Assembly (NCBI RefSeq): GCF_003918875.1
Contig: NW_025766043.1
Location: forward strand, 1 to 64,000
Source: Haliotis rubra
Lineage: Eukaryota
Direction: 5' to 3'
Length of the DNA stretch: 64,000 nt
The translations under genes and the position numbers were made by a program. Positions 1 to 12,414 of the stretch are shown piece by piece (the first letter of the stretch is position 1; the number at the start of each line of letters is the position of its first letter). The notes beneath the pieces were generated by a model. The model was not told the origin of the DNA and ran no database searches. It saw nothing but the letters and a program-made list of their open reading frames with translations.

Positions 1-1704
1 GAAATGAACTGAACTGGTTTACTTGTTAATTCTGTTAAAATGACAAAACTTGTTCAAAAGGTTGAAAAAAATGTTAAATCAAATGGTTGTTAATAACTAC
101 AGCACTTATCAAGCTTAACAAATTCAAATCTTTCAACAGCTCTTTTTCAAAACATTCTGAAAACTTTGAATTCTGTCTTTAGGACAATATATGACAAACA
201 GAGCTAGCAGAATATTATTTAATATCATGGTGAATAACCCCCTAATCTGTAAACCAAAGACTTAAGTCTGCACTAAACATGCTAAAAGATTACGTATTGA
301 TAACTGATTAAGAATTCTAAAAGCAGATCAATATGGATAATTTAGACAATACTATTAACAAATAAAATGTCAAACATCAGACTCCACTAAAAAAAAATTA
401 TATGACAGCATCTAAAGTATATCTTGAGACCAAATATATTAACATGGTAATTATAACTTACATCATGTTTATATCCGAGTTAACAAAACATAAATTTTGG
501 GTTGTTTCATCCATAACAAACAAAATATGGTAAGTCCTCCTGCTTTCTGCTAGTCCATCTTTACCATTACACAACAAACCTTGGTCTCATTCAAGCACAC
601 ATCAGGATTACCAACAGAAAATCATAGGAACAAAAAAATAAAACACATTTACCAAAATGTTGTATCCATACAATATTGTTATGTGCAGGATGGACAGTGC
701 CAAGGATTACCTCCTTTTCACTAAACAACATTCAGAAATAACCCACTATACAGATGCATTTCTTAACTCTGTTCCTGTTAAATTTATATAAATAATTAGC
801 AATATTAAAAATGTCAAAATGGACAAATATTGGCACCATTTCCCCAGATACCTGGTGTCTGTATAGCAAAGAAAGCTAGCATCATCCACTATGTGGTTAC
901 ACAACACACTATATATTATACACATATTAATCCACCTGTAGCTAATGTACCACTGATGGAACAGAAGCACTCATCAGGTGCAGGGACTTCATGTACAATC
1001 ATATATCACAACATTCTATGATATATCCCATATGTACATATTAAACATCATAATCACCGGATGTAATTGCATGTCATCTTTGTGTCAACTAGCTGACTTT
1101 CTGAACACAAGACACCTGTGAACACATGGGCTCTTTTACCCACAATTCTCCTCTCTCATCTCCACGGTAACAGCTCAAATGGGCTTAGTTGTCGCCCTCC
1201 GCTCATCTCCACCTGCAAACCCTTACAATATACAGGGTTGCGTTGGCGTATCAGCACAACTGCTGCAAAACTGGCTTCTGTCAGTCGAGGCAAAAATATC
1301 ACTTGCAGCGATATGAGAATTAAAACCAACAAACGCTAAGCCTCCATTTTCATGATACCGTTCAGCTTTTACAGTTATCGCCTGAACCCCCACTGCCAAA
1401 GCACTCTCTTTTCTTCATAAGTGGCTTAACCTAATCTAATCCAGGCTGGTCTGAACTGCAATGGTGGTTTCGGAATGTTGGTAGAGTTGGAGCACGCCAT
1501 TCCATGGTCTGCTCCAGTGGGTACACTAGCACTACTACAAAGTCTTTTCTTCAGAGGCTCGTCACAAGCTGGCTCGCACATTCCACCGGGCCTGTCTCTT
1601 CAACGCTGGACTGGTTGGTTTCAATGATGACTGCTTATTGTCACCGATAGTTATCAACTTGTTTTCTCCGCCAAAGGAAGTTGTGTTCTGAATGTTAACA
1701 GCTA

Positions 1705-2325
1705 CTAATTCTCATCTCTGGCATCGAAGTCTGCTTTTAGGTTCGGCTTCTCGCATTTCAGCATGGGGCAGAGCCTTACTGATTTCAGCCACCGCTGATT
1801 CGGATTTGTCAGGATTCTTTTAAGACTGTCACATGCACCTAGGAGAGCAGCAATCTCAGCAACATCCATGTCGTTCTCAGAGTAGAATATTCTGTCTGGT
1901 AGTTTCTCCTGCACAGGTTGTTGCTCCTTGGTAGATTTCTTGTGTAGTAACAGCTGCATGTTCTCGCTCAAACCAGACACAAGCAGTGCATCTGTTGAGG
2001 GAATGGTCACCTTTGCGCGGGGAGATATCACTTGCAGAGCAGTGGGTTCCGCCAACCGAGTCAAATTCAACTTGCTTTATGGAAATTCCCTGCATGAATG
2101 ATAAACTGTCCTGCTTGTCGTCCGTGCATTGATTTTTCATTTTTCTTCTGCATGGGGAATCCAAACATGGATGAGAATTTACCAGGTCCATTTTGTTTGA
2201 ACTTCTCTTTATTGAGGTCATTTCTTGATCACTGACTTTGCTCTGAGAGTTGTCTGCCCCTTGACCATTCATCCCTTCCACTGCCACCTCTTCCTGGTCG
2301 ACCGGGCTACACAAGACAATCAACT
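1705..2325 (-). CDS. Crypton-derived protein, probable terminal coding exon
   Basis: ttcag acceptor at 2327-2326 in phase with ORF 1877..2323 (ELIVLCSPVDQEE). Overlapping ORF 1705..2070 is probably the continuation via an indel near 2077, so the true stop is either 1877 or 1705. Confidence 0.55.
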
Positions 2326-2454
2326 CTGAAACAATGAACAGATCAACATCACAAACTGGTACTAAGATATTTCAAACAATTTCATGGTCAGTAGGAAAAA
2401 TGATCTTTAGAAAAAGTGTCTCAAATTTCAATTTTGATCAACATGTTTGTGACT

Positions 2455-2570
2455 CTGTTGTTTTTATACGTAACTTTATATTCCAGCTATATGACAACAG
2501 ACTGTAAATAATGGCACCTGGATTAGGCTGCCTAGTGATTGATATTGTCAACACATAATCTACCTAATTG
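2455..2570 (-). mobile_element. Degenerate SINE family B fragment hosting the 26-bp minisatellite
   Basis: atattccagctatatg...ctgtaaataat...agtgat matches the minus-strand SINE-B copy at 4695-4850. Confidence 0.6.
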
Positions 2571-3520
2571 GGGAACTATAATAACCCACATGGTTGGGGT
2601 ACAATGAGCCACACGTTTGGGGAACTGCAAAGATCCATATGACTGGGGAACTACAATGATCCACATGAGTTGGGTACAACAATGATCCACATGGTTGGGG
2701 GACTTCAATGATCCTCATGATTGGGGGACTTCAATGATCCTCATGATTGGGGGACTACAATGATCCACATGATTGGGTGACTACGATGATCCGCATAATT
2801 GGGGGACTACGATGATCCGCATAATTGGGGGACTACAATGATCCACATGGTTGGGGGTCTTCAATGATCCTCATGATTGGGGGACTACAATGATCCGCAT
2901 AATTGGGGGGACTACAATGATCCACATGATTGGGTGACTACGATGATCCGCATAATTGGGGGACTACGATGATCCGCATAATTGGGGGACTACAATGATC
3001 CAAATGGTTGGGGGACTTCAATGATCCTCATGGTTGGGGGACTACAATGATCCACATGGTTGGGGGACTACAATGATCCACATAATTGGGGGACTACGAT
3101 GATCCGCATAATTAGGGGACTTCAATGATCCACATGATTGGGGGACTACAATGATCCACATGGTTGGACGACTACGATGATCCGCATAATTGGGGGACTA
3201 CAATGATCCACATGGTTGGGGGACTTCAATGATCCTCATGATTGGGGGACTACAATGATCTGCATAATTGGGGGACTACAATGATCCACATGGTTGGGGG
3301 ACTTCAATGATCCTCATGATTGGGGGACTACAATGATCCTCATGATTTGGGGACTACAATGATCCACATGATTGGGGGACTACAATGATCCTCATGATTG
3401 GGGGACTACAATGATCCACATGATTGGAGGACTATGATGATCCGCATAATTGGGGGACTACGATGATCTGCATAATTGGGGGACTACAATGATCCAAATG
3501 ATTGGGGGACTACAATGATC
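2566..3520. repeat. 26-bp minisatellite, ~37 copies (plus ~3 copies at 3830-3907)
   Basis: Unit gactacaatgatccacatgattgggg; period 26 (gact at 2701, 2727, 2753). Confidence 0.95.
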
Positions 3521-3939
3521 ATACTACAATAGCATCTGACCCTCTGACAAATCCGGAAGATTCGCCAACGGTCAGACAGAAGTCTACAACCCGACAGCCC
3601 CAGTGTCTGACTGTAAATTTCACATTGACTTTGACTGAAGTTGTTATATGTGTCATGTGACACTTGTTTGCTGTTTATAAATCTTATGTTTGTTAATAAT
3701 TTCAATGCCATTTATAAGAAATGTTAAATCTGAAATGTGTGTTTAATTATATTCTATGGGTCCTGTGAATTTTCAATGGGTCAGACAGACATCTGAAACT
3801 TGTTACTTTGAAACACCATTCGTGAACACTGATTGGGGTACAACAATGATCCACATGATTGGGGTACAACAATGATCCACATGATGGGGCTACAACAATG
3901 ATCCACAACCAAATCAACAAGTTTGACAACCCAATTCAT

Positions 3940-4006
3940 TTAACAGACCGCCACCATATAGCTGGAATATTGCTGAGTGTGGCGTAAAACTCAACTCACT
4001 CACTCA
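3940..4006 (+). mobile_element. SINE family B 3' end
   Basis: acagaccgccaccatatagctggaatattgctgagtgtggcgtaaaactcaactcactcactc. Confidence 0.8.
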
Positions 4007-4268
4007 CTGATAGCCTCTTAGGATCAGTATAGGTTGCTGGGGACTTATTCTAATCTAGATGCCCATGAGATAAACACATATCAGCTTTAACGTGTAGTGT
4101 GTGAAGAAAGATTGCATGTTAAACCAGCGTGGACGTATCCATCTCAAAATGCTTAAGTTATATATACCCACAAAAACATGCATGCTTGACATAACTGGTA
4201 TGCAATATTTATCTTTGGTCATATCATTAACAAGACCACAGCATGGATGACACAGAAATCACACCTAC

Positions 4269-4381
4269 CTCCTTGGTGGTATTCCACTAACAGTTTTCAG
4301 CCAGTCAGCAAATTTCTTGATGTCCTTCACAAGCAGGCCACTTAATTAACTCTAAAACCTTCATCTTTGCCGATCTCAAAC
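4269..4381 (-). CDS. Crypton-derived protein, probable coding exon 3 (contains indels)
   Basis: ttccag acceptor and gtaggt donor, phase 1/1. Reads approximately GLRSAKMKVLELI..GLLVKDIKKFADWLKTV..EYHQG with frame changes. Confidence 0.55.
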
Positions 4382-4694
4382 CTGGAACAATGGCCAACAA
4401 GCTAATTAATAACAACATCATGCAAAATCATGGTAACCATTCTGTAAGAATCACCCCAGCTTTTATGATGTGACCAACTTTGAAATTTGGGCCAGATCTT
4501 AACAAAACCCAGTTAGCATTGACCACCCTACACCAGTGGGGTTTATCTGGAAGTCTAACTGTCCATGTCTGGCAAACGTTTCTTTGGTAAAAATTGGTAC
4601 TTTCCTAAATTCTTATCTCAGGCATATTAACAGTGCATTCAACACCCATATTCCGAAGGTGTCAAGTTTATCCCTAACTCTGCTTTGTCTTATG

Positions 4695-4850
4695 TTGGTT
4701 GGTTTGTTGTTTTACTACCAGCAATATTCCAGCTATATGGCAGTGATCTGTAAATAATCGAGTGTGGACCTGACAATCCAGTGATCAACAGCATGAGCAC
4801 TGATCAGAGCAATTTAAGACGATGACATGTGTCAACCAAGTCAGCGAGCC
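4695..4850 (-). mobile_element. SINE family B, partial
   Basis: Reverse complement of the 3' part of the copy at 39968-40203. Confidence 0.75.
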
Positions 4851-5299
4851 AGTGATGGTATTCCTCATAGCCTTGTAGCATTTGAGGATAATAATATATA
4901 TAGTTAACCACTTCAAAACACTTCAACCCAAAACAACGGACAGAAAATGTAAATCTGGTAAATATTCTTCTTCAAGCAGGACTAGCTACAAACCATAGTA
5001 GTAACAGTAGTGTAGATTAGTGAAATAAGGTGTACCGTATTCCAATGGACTAGTTCTAAAATCCTAATTTCTTTGGTAGGCTATGTAAACATCAAATCTA
5101 TATCTGGGTAATTTGTATATTGAAAGTCACTAGCTTTATCAGATTCTCAAGGCAGGCTATGTAACAGCCGTACCAAATGATAAAGGTACCTGTTTACTAT
5201 GTTCACATTGTCTAACTCAATATATATTGAAGTATCACAGATAAAAGATGAGACAAAAAGACAATTACTCCAGATATAGGTCTGTACATATGCAGAGGT

Positions 5300-5490
5300 T
5301 TTAACAAAATGCTACAGATATATGTCTGTAGGTATGTAGATAGGTTTAACAACATGCTACAGATATATGTCTGTAGGTATGTAGGTTTGTGTAGAGGTTA
5401 AACAAAATGCTACAGGTATGTAGGTTTGTGAAGAGGTTTAACAAAATGCTACAGGTATATGTATGTATGTGTAGAGGCTTAACAAAACAA
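5300..5490. repeat. Degenerate short tandem repeat
   Basis: Repeated ttaacaaaatgctacag...gtatgtag units. Confidence 0.7.
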
Positions 5491-5635
5491 AATATATACC
5501 CGTGATAAAAATTTGCCATTTTTAGGGTTCTGCTCAATTATCCTCATGAGTACGAGTGGACTAGAAAGGTAAGTTTCCATTGCTGGCATGTAGTTAAGGA
5601 ACATTGTGTCATTACAACATCTTGGGCGGGCTTAC

Positions 5636-6035
5636 CAACAACGCTCTCATCCACTGGGTCGTCATCAGGGGACTCCGAATCTAGCGACGAACTGTCTCCT
5701 AGCGAATTATCATCAGCAAATGAATCATCTTGTGACAACACACTGGGCACTCGCACAGTTCGCTCAATGTTCAATGCATCTGTGCATATTGTTTCAATAA
5801 GAGGAATGTACGATGGACGAATCGAGTGGTTTGTGTAGTTTTCCTTAACTCCAGCTGATATTGATATCCTCTGCATGATTTTACTCAGGGTGGAGTTACC
5901 CAGTGGGGTATTGTCAAACCACACATAATCTGACTGGGATACACTCCGCTTAGGGACGCTGCCAGAACGCTTCAGTCATGGGATGGAGATGGGTCAGGTA
6001 CCTCAAGAATGATGCTACAGGGCAACGAGGATCTC
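5636..6035 (-). CDS. Crypton-derived DUF3504-type protein, coding exon 2 (apparent +1 frameshift)
   Basis: AG acceptor at 6037-6036. Reads GDPRCPVASFLRYLTHLHPMTEAFWQRP-(fs at ggg 5953-5955)-KRSVSQSDYVWFDNTPLGNSTLSKIMQRISISAGVKENYTNHSIRPS. gtaag donor at 5635. Length 400 is one base over frame. Confidence 0.85.
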
Positions 6036-6583
6036 CTGCAAGACAGTTATAACATTTATGAACCAACTAAGCAATAACAGCGTTATAAACCATCATATCA
6101 ATATAAATTGGAAGGTATGTATACATGGTCGATAAGACTGACTTTCAAATCAGTTAAACTCTTCCCATTGTATGTAATTATGTATATCCTGAACGGAAAC
6201 TACTCTACACCATTGTACTACATACATGATTTATCAAAGTGTCATAACATTTGATGATTTCTTTTGTCAACTATACAACATTATAATTAGGGCGGTACAA
6301 CCTTCACTCAAAACACCCACCTGTGTAACCTAGTTATTACTAAGAATGACAGTATGTCTTAGGTGTGGAGTGTGGGTGGAATTCTTTCTCAATAACGCTG
6401 TCACACAATATTTCTTGATTATTTCACAATATCACTCAGTTATACATACTTTATTATTTCTATTACAAATAACATTAGTATGTAGGCTGTGTACTAGTTA
6501 GCCATAGGCTCAGTTGCTGTAGTGGGTGATAAGATTTCTATAACTTCTATGACATCACAATGAGGAAAATGTTAGTGACCTAC

Positions 6584-7310
6584 CTGGTCTTTCCAGCATC
6601 TTTTCCCCTAGCCTTGTTCCAGTATGATCTACATCACCGTAGCCACCCATCTCCTTGATGTTGAACTTAGGGTGGTATTTTAACCAAACACTTTTCCTTC
6701 CGTCAACTTCTGTCGACACCACAAAATCATTTTTCGTCATGGCCCTCATACAGTCTTTCCCTCTGTTGACAATGTATAAATTCACATCGAAAAACACCTT
6801 ATTTTGTAGTGTTTCAGGGTTGTCGGTTTTCATTGCATCACTGAAATAGATTTTCCTCAAATCATCCATTTCTATTCTAAGTCTATGACACTTGCGTGGC
6901 CCCATTCTAACAGCCATCTCATAACACGCGTTGGCATTTTCAAAACTTTTGTCTTTGACAATGTCCAAGCCGGTCTCCTTCATGAAATATTTCTGTAGAC
7001 CGAGCCTGATATCTTTCAAACTGACAGTTGATCTGACCGGACCCTCCTCGAGCTTGGTCCTGACCTTACCATAAAAATCTCTGAGAAACTCCGACAACTG
7101 GTGAGGGGGCATGTGTGTTACACTATGAATGGTGTGTCCTTTCGTCATAGCGTATAACACTAACTGGTGTGTCGCCGAACCTATTAGGCTTTCCGTTTCA
7201 CCATCAAAACTAGTCTCAGAAAAGTCCTCGGATGAACGACTGCTCAGTGATCCCGAGTGTTGTCTCTTTTCCATTTTGAAGTCGAACTTACTCGTCGTAG
7301 CTTGAGCCAT
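6584..7310 (-). CDS. Crypton-derived DUF3504-type (KCTD1/ZMYM/QRICH1-like) protein, coding exon 1
   Basis: ORF 6555..7310 with LSEFLRDFYGKVR, IRLGLQKY and LQNKVFFDVNLYIVNRGKD motifs typical of Crypton-A/DUF3504 domains. GT donor at 6583-6582 (cca g|gtagg), phase 1. Confidence 0.85.
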
Positions 7311-7326
7311 CTTGTTGCTCAGATGA

Positions 7327-9926
7327 TGACGTCACACGATCCTAACATGGAAGGGTCTGACGTAGGTGTTTTCACGGAGACACTGACATCAAGTGAATGA
7401 ATAATGGATTAAGAACAAAATGTCATCTCTTCGAATGGAGGCTTTGATATAAAGTGTCCACAACTCTGCCGAAGACAGTTTACACACAATTGTGACACAG
7501 TGGTATATCGAGTAGATCGTTAATGTAGTTTGGTTGAGTGTACCCCCTCCCTCCCCACGATGGACTGGCCCAACTACGCAAGTGTTTCAATTCGTCACAG
7601 TAGTATGAGTCAGCGCGTACCGACTTCCGGGGGAATAAAACTCATAACAGCACAGCTCCGACCTAACAAAAGTATGACGTCATTGCCACGCCACTTGACA
7701 ACGGCTAGAAATAGAGAGCGCTTAGTAGGTGAGCGTGATCGAAACCGGCGTGTGGAGCTCGCCTTGTTCTGACGTCAGAGCAGAAAGCTGACACAAACAG
7801 CTTGTGACCGGCTTTATCATTGATCAGTGGTGGGACACTGAAATATCGCTTGTACCTTCTATTTCTTGGTTGCCGCTACGTTTTGGGGTGGGGTCTTTAC
7901 TATTACCCACTTGTATGGGTTACAGCTTTGTCCGGTATGTCATTGTATTTCCTCTTTCCCGTTACTGGATACGGTTCGTAGAATTTATTATGTCACTGTT
8001 GTGACGTGAACGCGGAGGCAGGGAAATTATTGATTGACTTTTTGTGTGCTCCGAGATTCACGTGTTGTTCATGTCACGTAATGGAATTATGTCACGAGGG
8101 CGTTGTATGTGTCATATTTACTTAACAACATATCTCTGTATATATGTATATAAATATTTTTTTCCCGTGACATAGTCAGGTATTGGAAATGAATATATGG
8201 CTCTGTAATTAATTTAAAAACTATTCGAGGAATGCTGTTTAAATGTCAAGACTGTATAAACTGGTTTCATCTTAGGCCTATTTCCAGGACAAGCCTGTTA
8301 ACATATATTCCTTGAAACTGAACCTTTCCTGTGAATGCGGCAGAGTTGATTAAGGTTAATAGGACCAATTGTAGATTTCTAGTTATTACATTTGAACATG
8401 TAGAACGAGTGGAGAAAGGGGGGCATAGATTCATCAAACGATATTCACCAAACGCCTGGAGAATATCCCAGCGACAAATGACATTTACAGACGCGCCTGG
8501 TATTGACGTCAGTTGGCGTGGTCTGACGTCATCACTCGCGCGGTCACCAGGCACTAATGTTATGTTGCTAAGAGATAGTAACTGTAAATACAACCAGTTT
8601 GGCAGGCAGCTTTAGCCAACTCTAAACTTATGCAGACTTTAAATATACTTATATCGTCATCTTTTAAACTTCAGGTTGACACACAGATGACATGTGATAT
8701 AATTAAAGACCATAAATCCTATATTTTAGACGAACTTTAAGTTTAATGCATTAATAGATTCATTTTGTTTTTACTCCTGATGTTTCTCACTATTTGGTGA
8801 AATTCACCTCCTTTGGTTTCAAGGACACGACAGGGGAAGAAAAGAACTCTCATCAAATATCAACAGACAACATCATTCTCTGCCGAACATTTTATTTGAC
8901 GGGGCGACGATGACGTTCGACCTCATACCTTGACGTCACAATGACGTGGTTATTGACGTCAGAGGGTTATTAGCGTGGTCGGCGCTCTATCAGAGTACCT
9001 GTTCGATATTGTTGGAAACAGAAGACGTATTGTAGTTAATATACTTGACTAAACATTTCTGATGTCAACCTGGATAGAGGGGGATGGGGGTGGGGGTGGG
9101 GTGGTTTCGTTAGATGAACCCCCTACTTGGATCCATCAGTGCGTGTTATGGTTCACTCTTGGTTCACGAACTATTTTTCTTTCAAAACATAGCAATACAT
9201 ATTTTAAATTCATTTTTTATTTAATAATGGATTTTAAATTTTAAAAAAGAAGAAGATTATCATAAATTAATTATAACCTATAGCTAACATGTCAATATTG
9301 AAATTTGGTATACCTGTACATGTCGACTTTTTCACTAAATGATTATATTTAGTTAGAGAAAGGTAAGAGTTGAAAACCCGTGAATACATGGGAACAAGTT
9401 GCTGCGAGCACGGCTGGTGAACAACCTGTGTATATCTCCCCGGTCGATATACGTTGCCTCGCTCTCTACAAACACACCAATCGAGTTCTGACTTGTTTAC
9501 ATTGAATGGTATATATAATGGCGGCCCGGCGGAGAGGGACATGGGTTTGTTTGGTTAGCGTTCCTTACACTATGTAGGTAATGAGGTTTGCGCATGATCA
9601 ATAATTACAGGTGAGTTGGCGTTGTCGATGGAGCTTAATTACTGCACATGGTCCGAATGACAGTGTACCTGTTGCACGTTAGTAGGCCTATTTTGAATAT
9701 ATAGATCTGGTATTGTGGGATGTTTGCGACCATGATATTTAACACTGGGTGTTATGTGCGGTAACTTCATTTCGACATAACAACTGCGTGGAATCCTGTT
9801 GTTAATCGTTGATTACGATTTCCCCCGTGTATGAATGACGGCTTTGTGAACCCCGATAATTCAGTGTATTATATCTCTATAAATACATACCCAGGACTCA
9901 TTAGTTTCGGTTGGGAAGTGACGTCA
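7327..9926. promoter_or_regulatory. Cluster of 8 perfect CRE/ATF palindromes (TGACGTCA) between divergently oriented genes
   Basis: TGACGTCA at 7327, 7675, 7770, 8504, 8524, 8931, 8954 and 9919, in a CpG-rich region between the DUF3504 gene (-) and the ANK-SOCS gene (+). Function is inferred only. Confidence 0.5.
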
Positions 9927-11276
9927 CCACCCCCTCCTCTCTGACAAAGCACAACTATTCTCTCGCTTATGGGAGCAACATTACTGGACCGCTAGTTGTA
10001 GCTTCGTGTCTATAAAATCGGGCTGAAAACGAAGTTATGGGAAGACTGGACGAATTATCTCTCTGTGTTTACCATCTCCCACCCAATCCGAATTTTCATT
10101 CCGACTTTAATTAATAAAATATTTTCTTACCTCAGTCCCCCCCCCCCCTCCCCTGTGTAGAAATGTATGCTGTTATGCAATAAAAAGAATAATTTTGCCC
10201 TTGCAATCCCATTAAGAACATGTAACAGGAGAACTTTCTTTATATACGTTTATTACAAAATTATTTCCGAAGCAAAGCGACTCAATCTACATAATAAATT
10301 AAAGACTGTCACCAAGTGATCTAAAAGTTTGAATTTCATAAAAAGTTATACTATTAGTGTAAAATATGTTTTATAATTTTAAATATTTATTTCTTACTGG
10401 TTGAAGTTGGAGATGAGAAAAAAAAGAAAATAAACACGGATGGCCGAACGAAAGGGTCAGTGGTATTTGTTGACCACTACATACGGAGAAACGGTAATTT
10501 GGATCGGATATGGTCCAAAATAATCGAATGACATTCCAGACATGAATATCGTTTATAATAAATTGAAGATAACATAACGGACAGATGAGGTGGGTTATTT
10601 TAGTGTCAGGTGAATTAGGACTCATGGCAAGGGTATGTAATAGAATGGAATTATAACGCTCTGGATAAACGAGGTCGCATGGCAATGTCCCATCCTGCTA
10701 ATACATACTGTATGTCAACCTGACGAGTAAGATGGGAGGTGATGCGATAGGGAACCAGAACTTCAACGAACATAAACTTTGAAAACTCCATGAAACTATT
10801 GTTTGTGTCCAATGTCAACGTGACAGTTTTCGGTTTGCATTAAATCAGTACAAGCGCTGTACTAAGCTTGGTATATAAGTAAAGGGGCTTAGATAGGGGG
10901 AAATAAAATGTAAACAGGCAAGATGCAGTACATGTTTTTCTTGAAATATTTCAACAATCTAACACAATAATCTCGTACCAGTAGGGCAGATTTGGTATGG
11001 ATGACAACACTATAATATCCTGAGGTCATGTTTCGGTATAGATCCTTACATGTCATACCGCGTCAAGTTATAGCTGCAAAGTTCGTAGAATTTAAATCGA
11101 AACGTCGCATCATATATACTAGAATAAAGAACTTGTCATCAATAAGATGTATCTTGTCTTACTGTTTTCCTTCATCTTACAAAATGCCGTTCAAAGATAT
11201 AGAACCAGCTCATCCTCGACAAGTTTCACCATTGTAGACCGACCAGCCTGTAAATTAACCAGAGAGTTCCCTAGAA

Positions 11277-11312
11277 CCAGGGATAATCTACAACATTATA
11301 TAGTCTCCCTGC
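11277..11312. mobile_element. 36-bp TIR-only mini-element (CCAGGGA... family) with 5-bp TSD
   Basis: ccagggataatctacaacattatatagtctccctgc flanked by tagaa (11272-11276; again at 11487-11491 after the SINE insertion). Same termini as the element at 31342-33239. Confidence 0.6.
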
Positions 11313-11316
11313 TAGA

Positions 11317-11478
11317 GTGAGTGAGTTTGGTTTTACGCCGCTTTTAGCAATATTCCAGCAACATCACGGCGGGGGACACCAGAAATGGGCTTCACACAAT
11401 GTACCCATGTGGGGATTCGAACCCGGGTCTTCGGCGTGACGAGCCAACGCTTTAACCACTAGGCTACCCCACCGCCCC
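11317..11478 (-). mobile_element. tRNA-derived SINE family A, full length
   Basis: Box A (tagcctagtggttaa), box B (ggttcgaatcc), (ACTC)n tail. 12-bp TSD ctccctgctaga at 11305-11316 and 11479-11490. Confidence 0.92.
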
Positions 11479-12414
11479 CTCCCTGCTAGAACAAATGAAT
11501 GAAGGAACAGACTACTAAATGTTTGTTGTAAACTTTATTCCTTTATAATTTTGTAACGATTTCATATTGTAAGCTGTTGCTTTTAGCTACGCTGTGGTTA
11601 CATTTAAACATAATATTTTACTGGTGAGAGGACTAGTACTAAGCACTTGCTAACACTGTGCCCCAAAAGTGATACTTTATTATTTCTACAGTCGTGCCCC
11701 GTTTAACTTGCGTATATTTATTTACCTATAGTAGGCATAAATACCCATCAACCGAAGAGCTGTATGTATGAGCAACTTAACGGACAGTCCATCGAATGTC
11801 TGCAAGACTGCTGATGCCGCAGTAAACACCATGTACTCTCGTACATTCACTCACTCACTCGAACGATAAATGATGTCCGGTTACGGTAACACACACTCAG
11901 CCAGGCCATAGGTAGATTATAACCAATCTGTTACATGATCAAAGCTGTTACGACACGTGTAGGTTACTTGGAGCCTATGGGGCAAGGTTATCCCACTGGG
12001 AAAATTTTCCCATGAAAATTTGGGGATTTTTTTTAACAAAGCCTTGAGGACACCCACACCGACTGGTTTTACTGCAGTGATGAACTAACTATATTTATGT
12101 ATACGAAGTCACTTGTAAACGTACCTGCTAGTTTGTATGCTACTTGTATGGATACAAAACGAGCATTCGTAAGCACTTGTATCATTTTAGGACGGGCAGA
12201 AGGTCACGGAAACGGACGATTGTAGGCAAATGGAAAACGCGTATTCGTGACCACTCGTTTCCTCTCGGGCGCAAGTGGGGACGAATGGGCACACTGTTAC
12301 GACGTCACTGGCTTTGTTACGTCATTATGACGTCATAACAAAAAACGAAATTGTTTTAAAAATGGTGAACTTCACAGAAAAATCCCAAAGCCCACTCGAT
12401 GCCTTCTTTCAGAT

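Noticed and set aside
2566-3520. CRISPR-like regular repeats (also 37437-37755)
   Set aside because: Head-to-tail units with no unique spacers, no cas genes, eukaryotic context.
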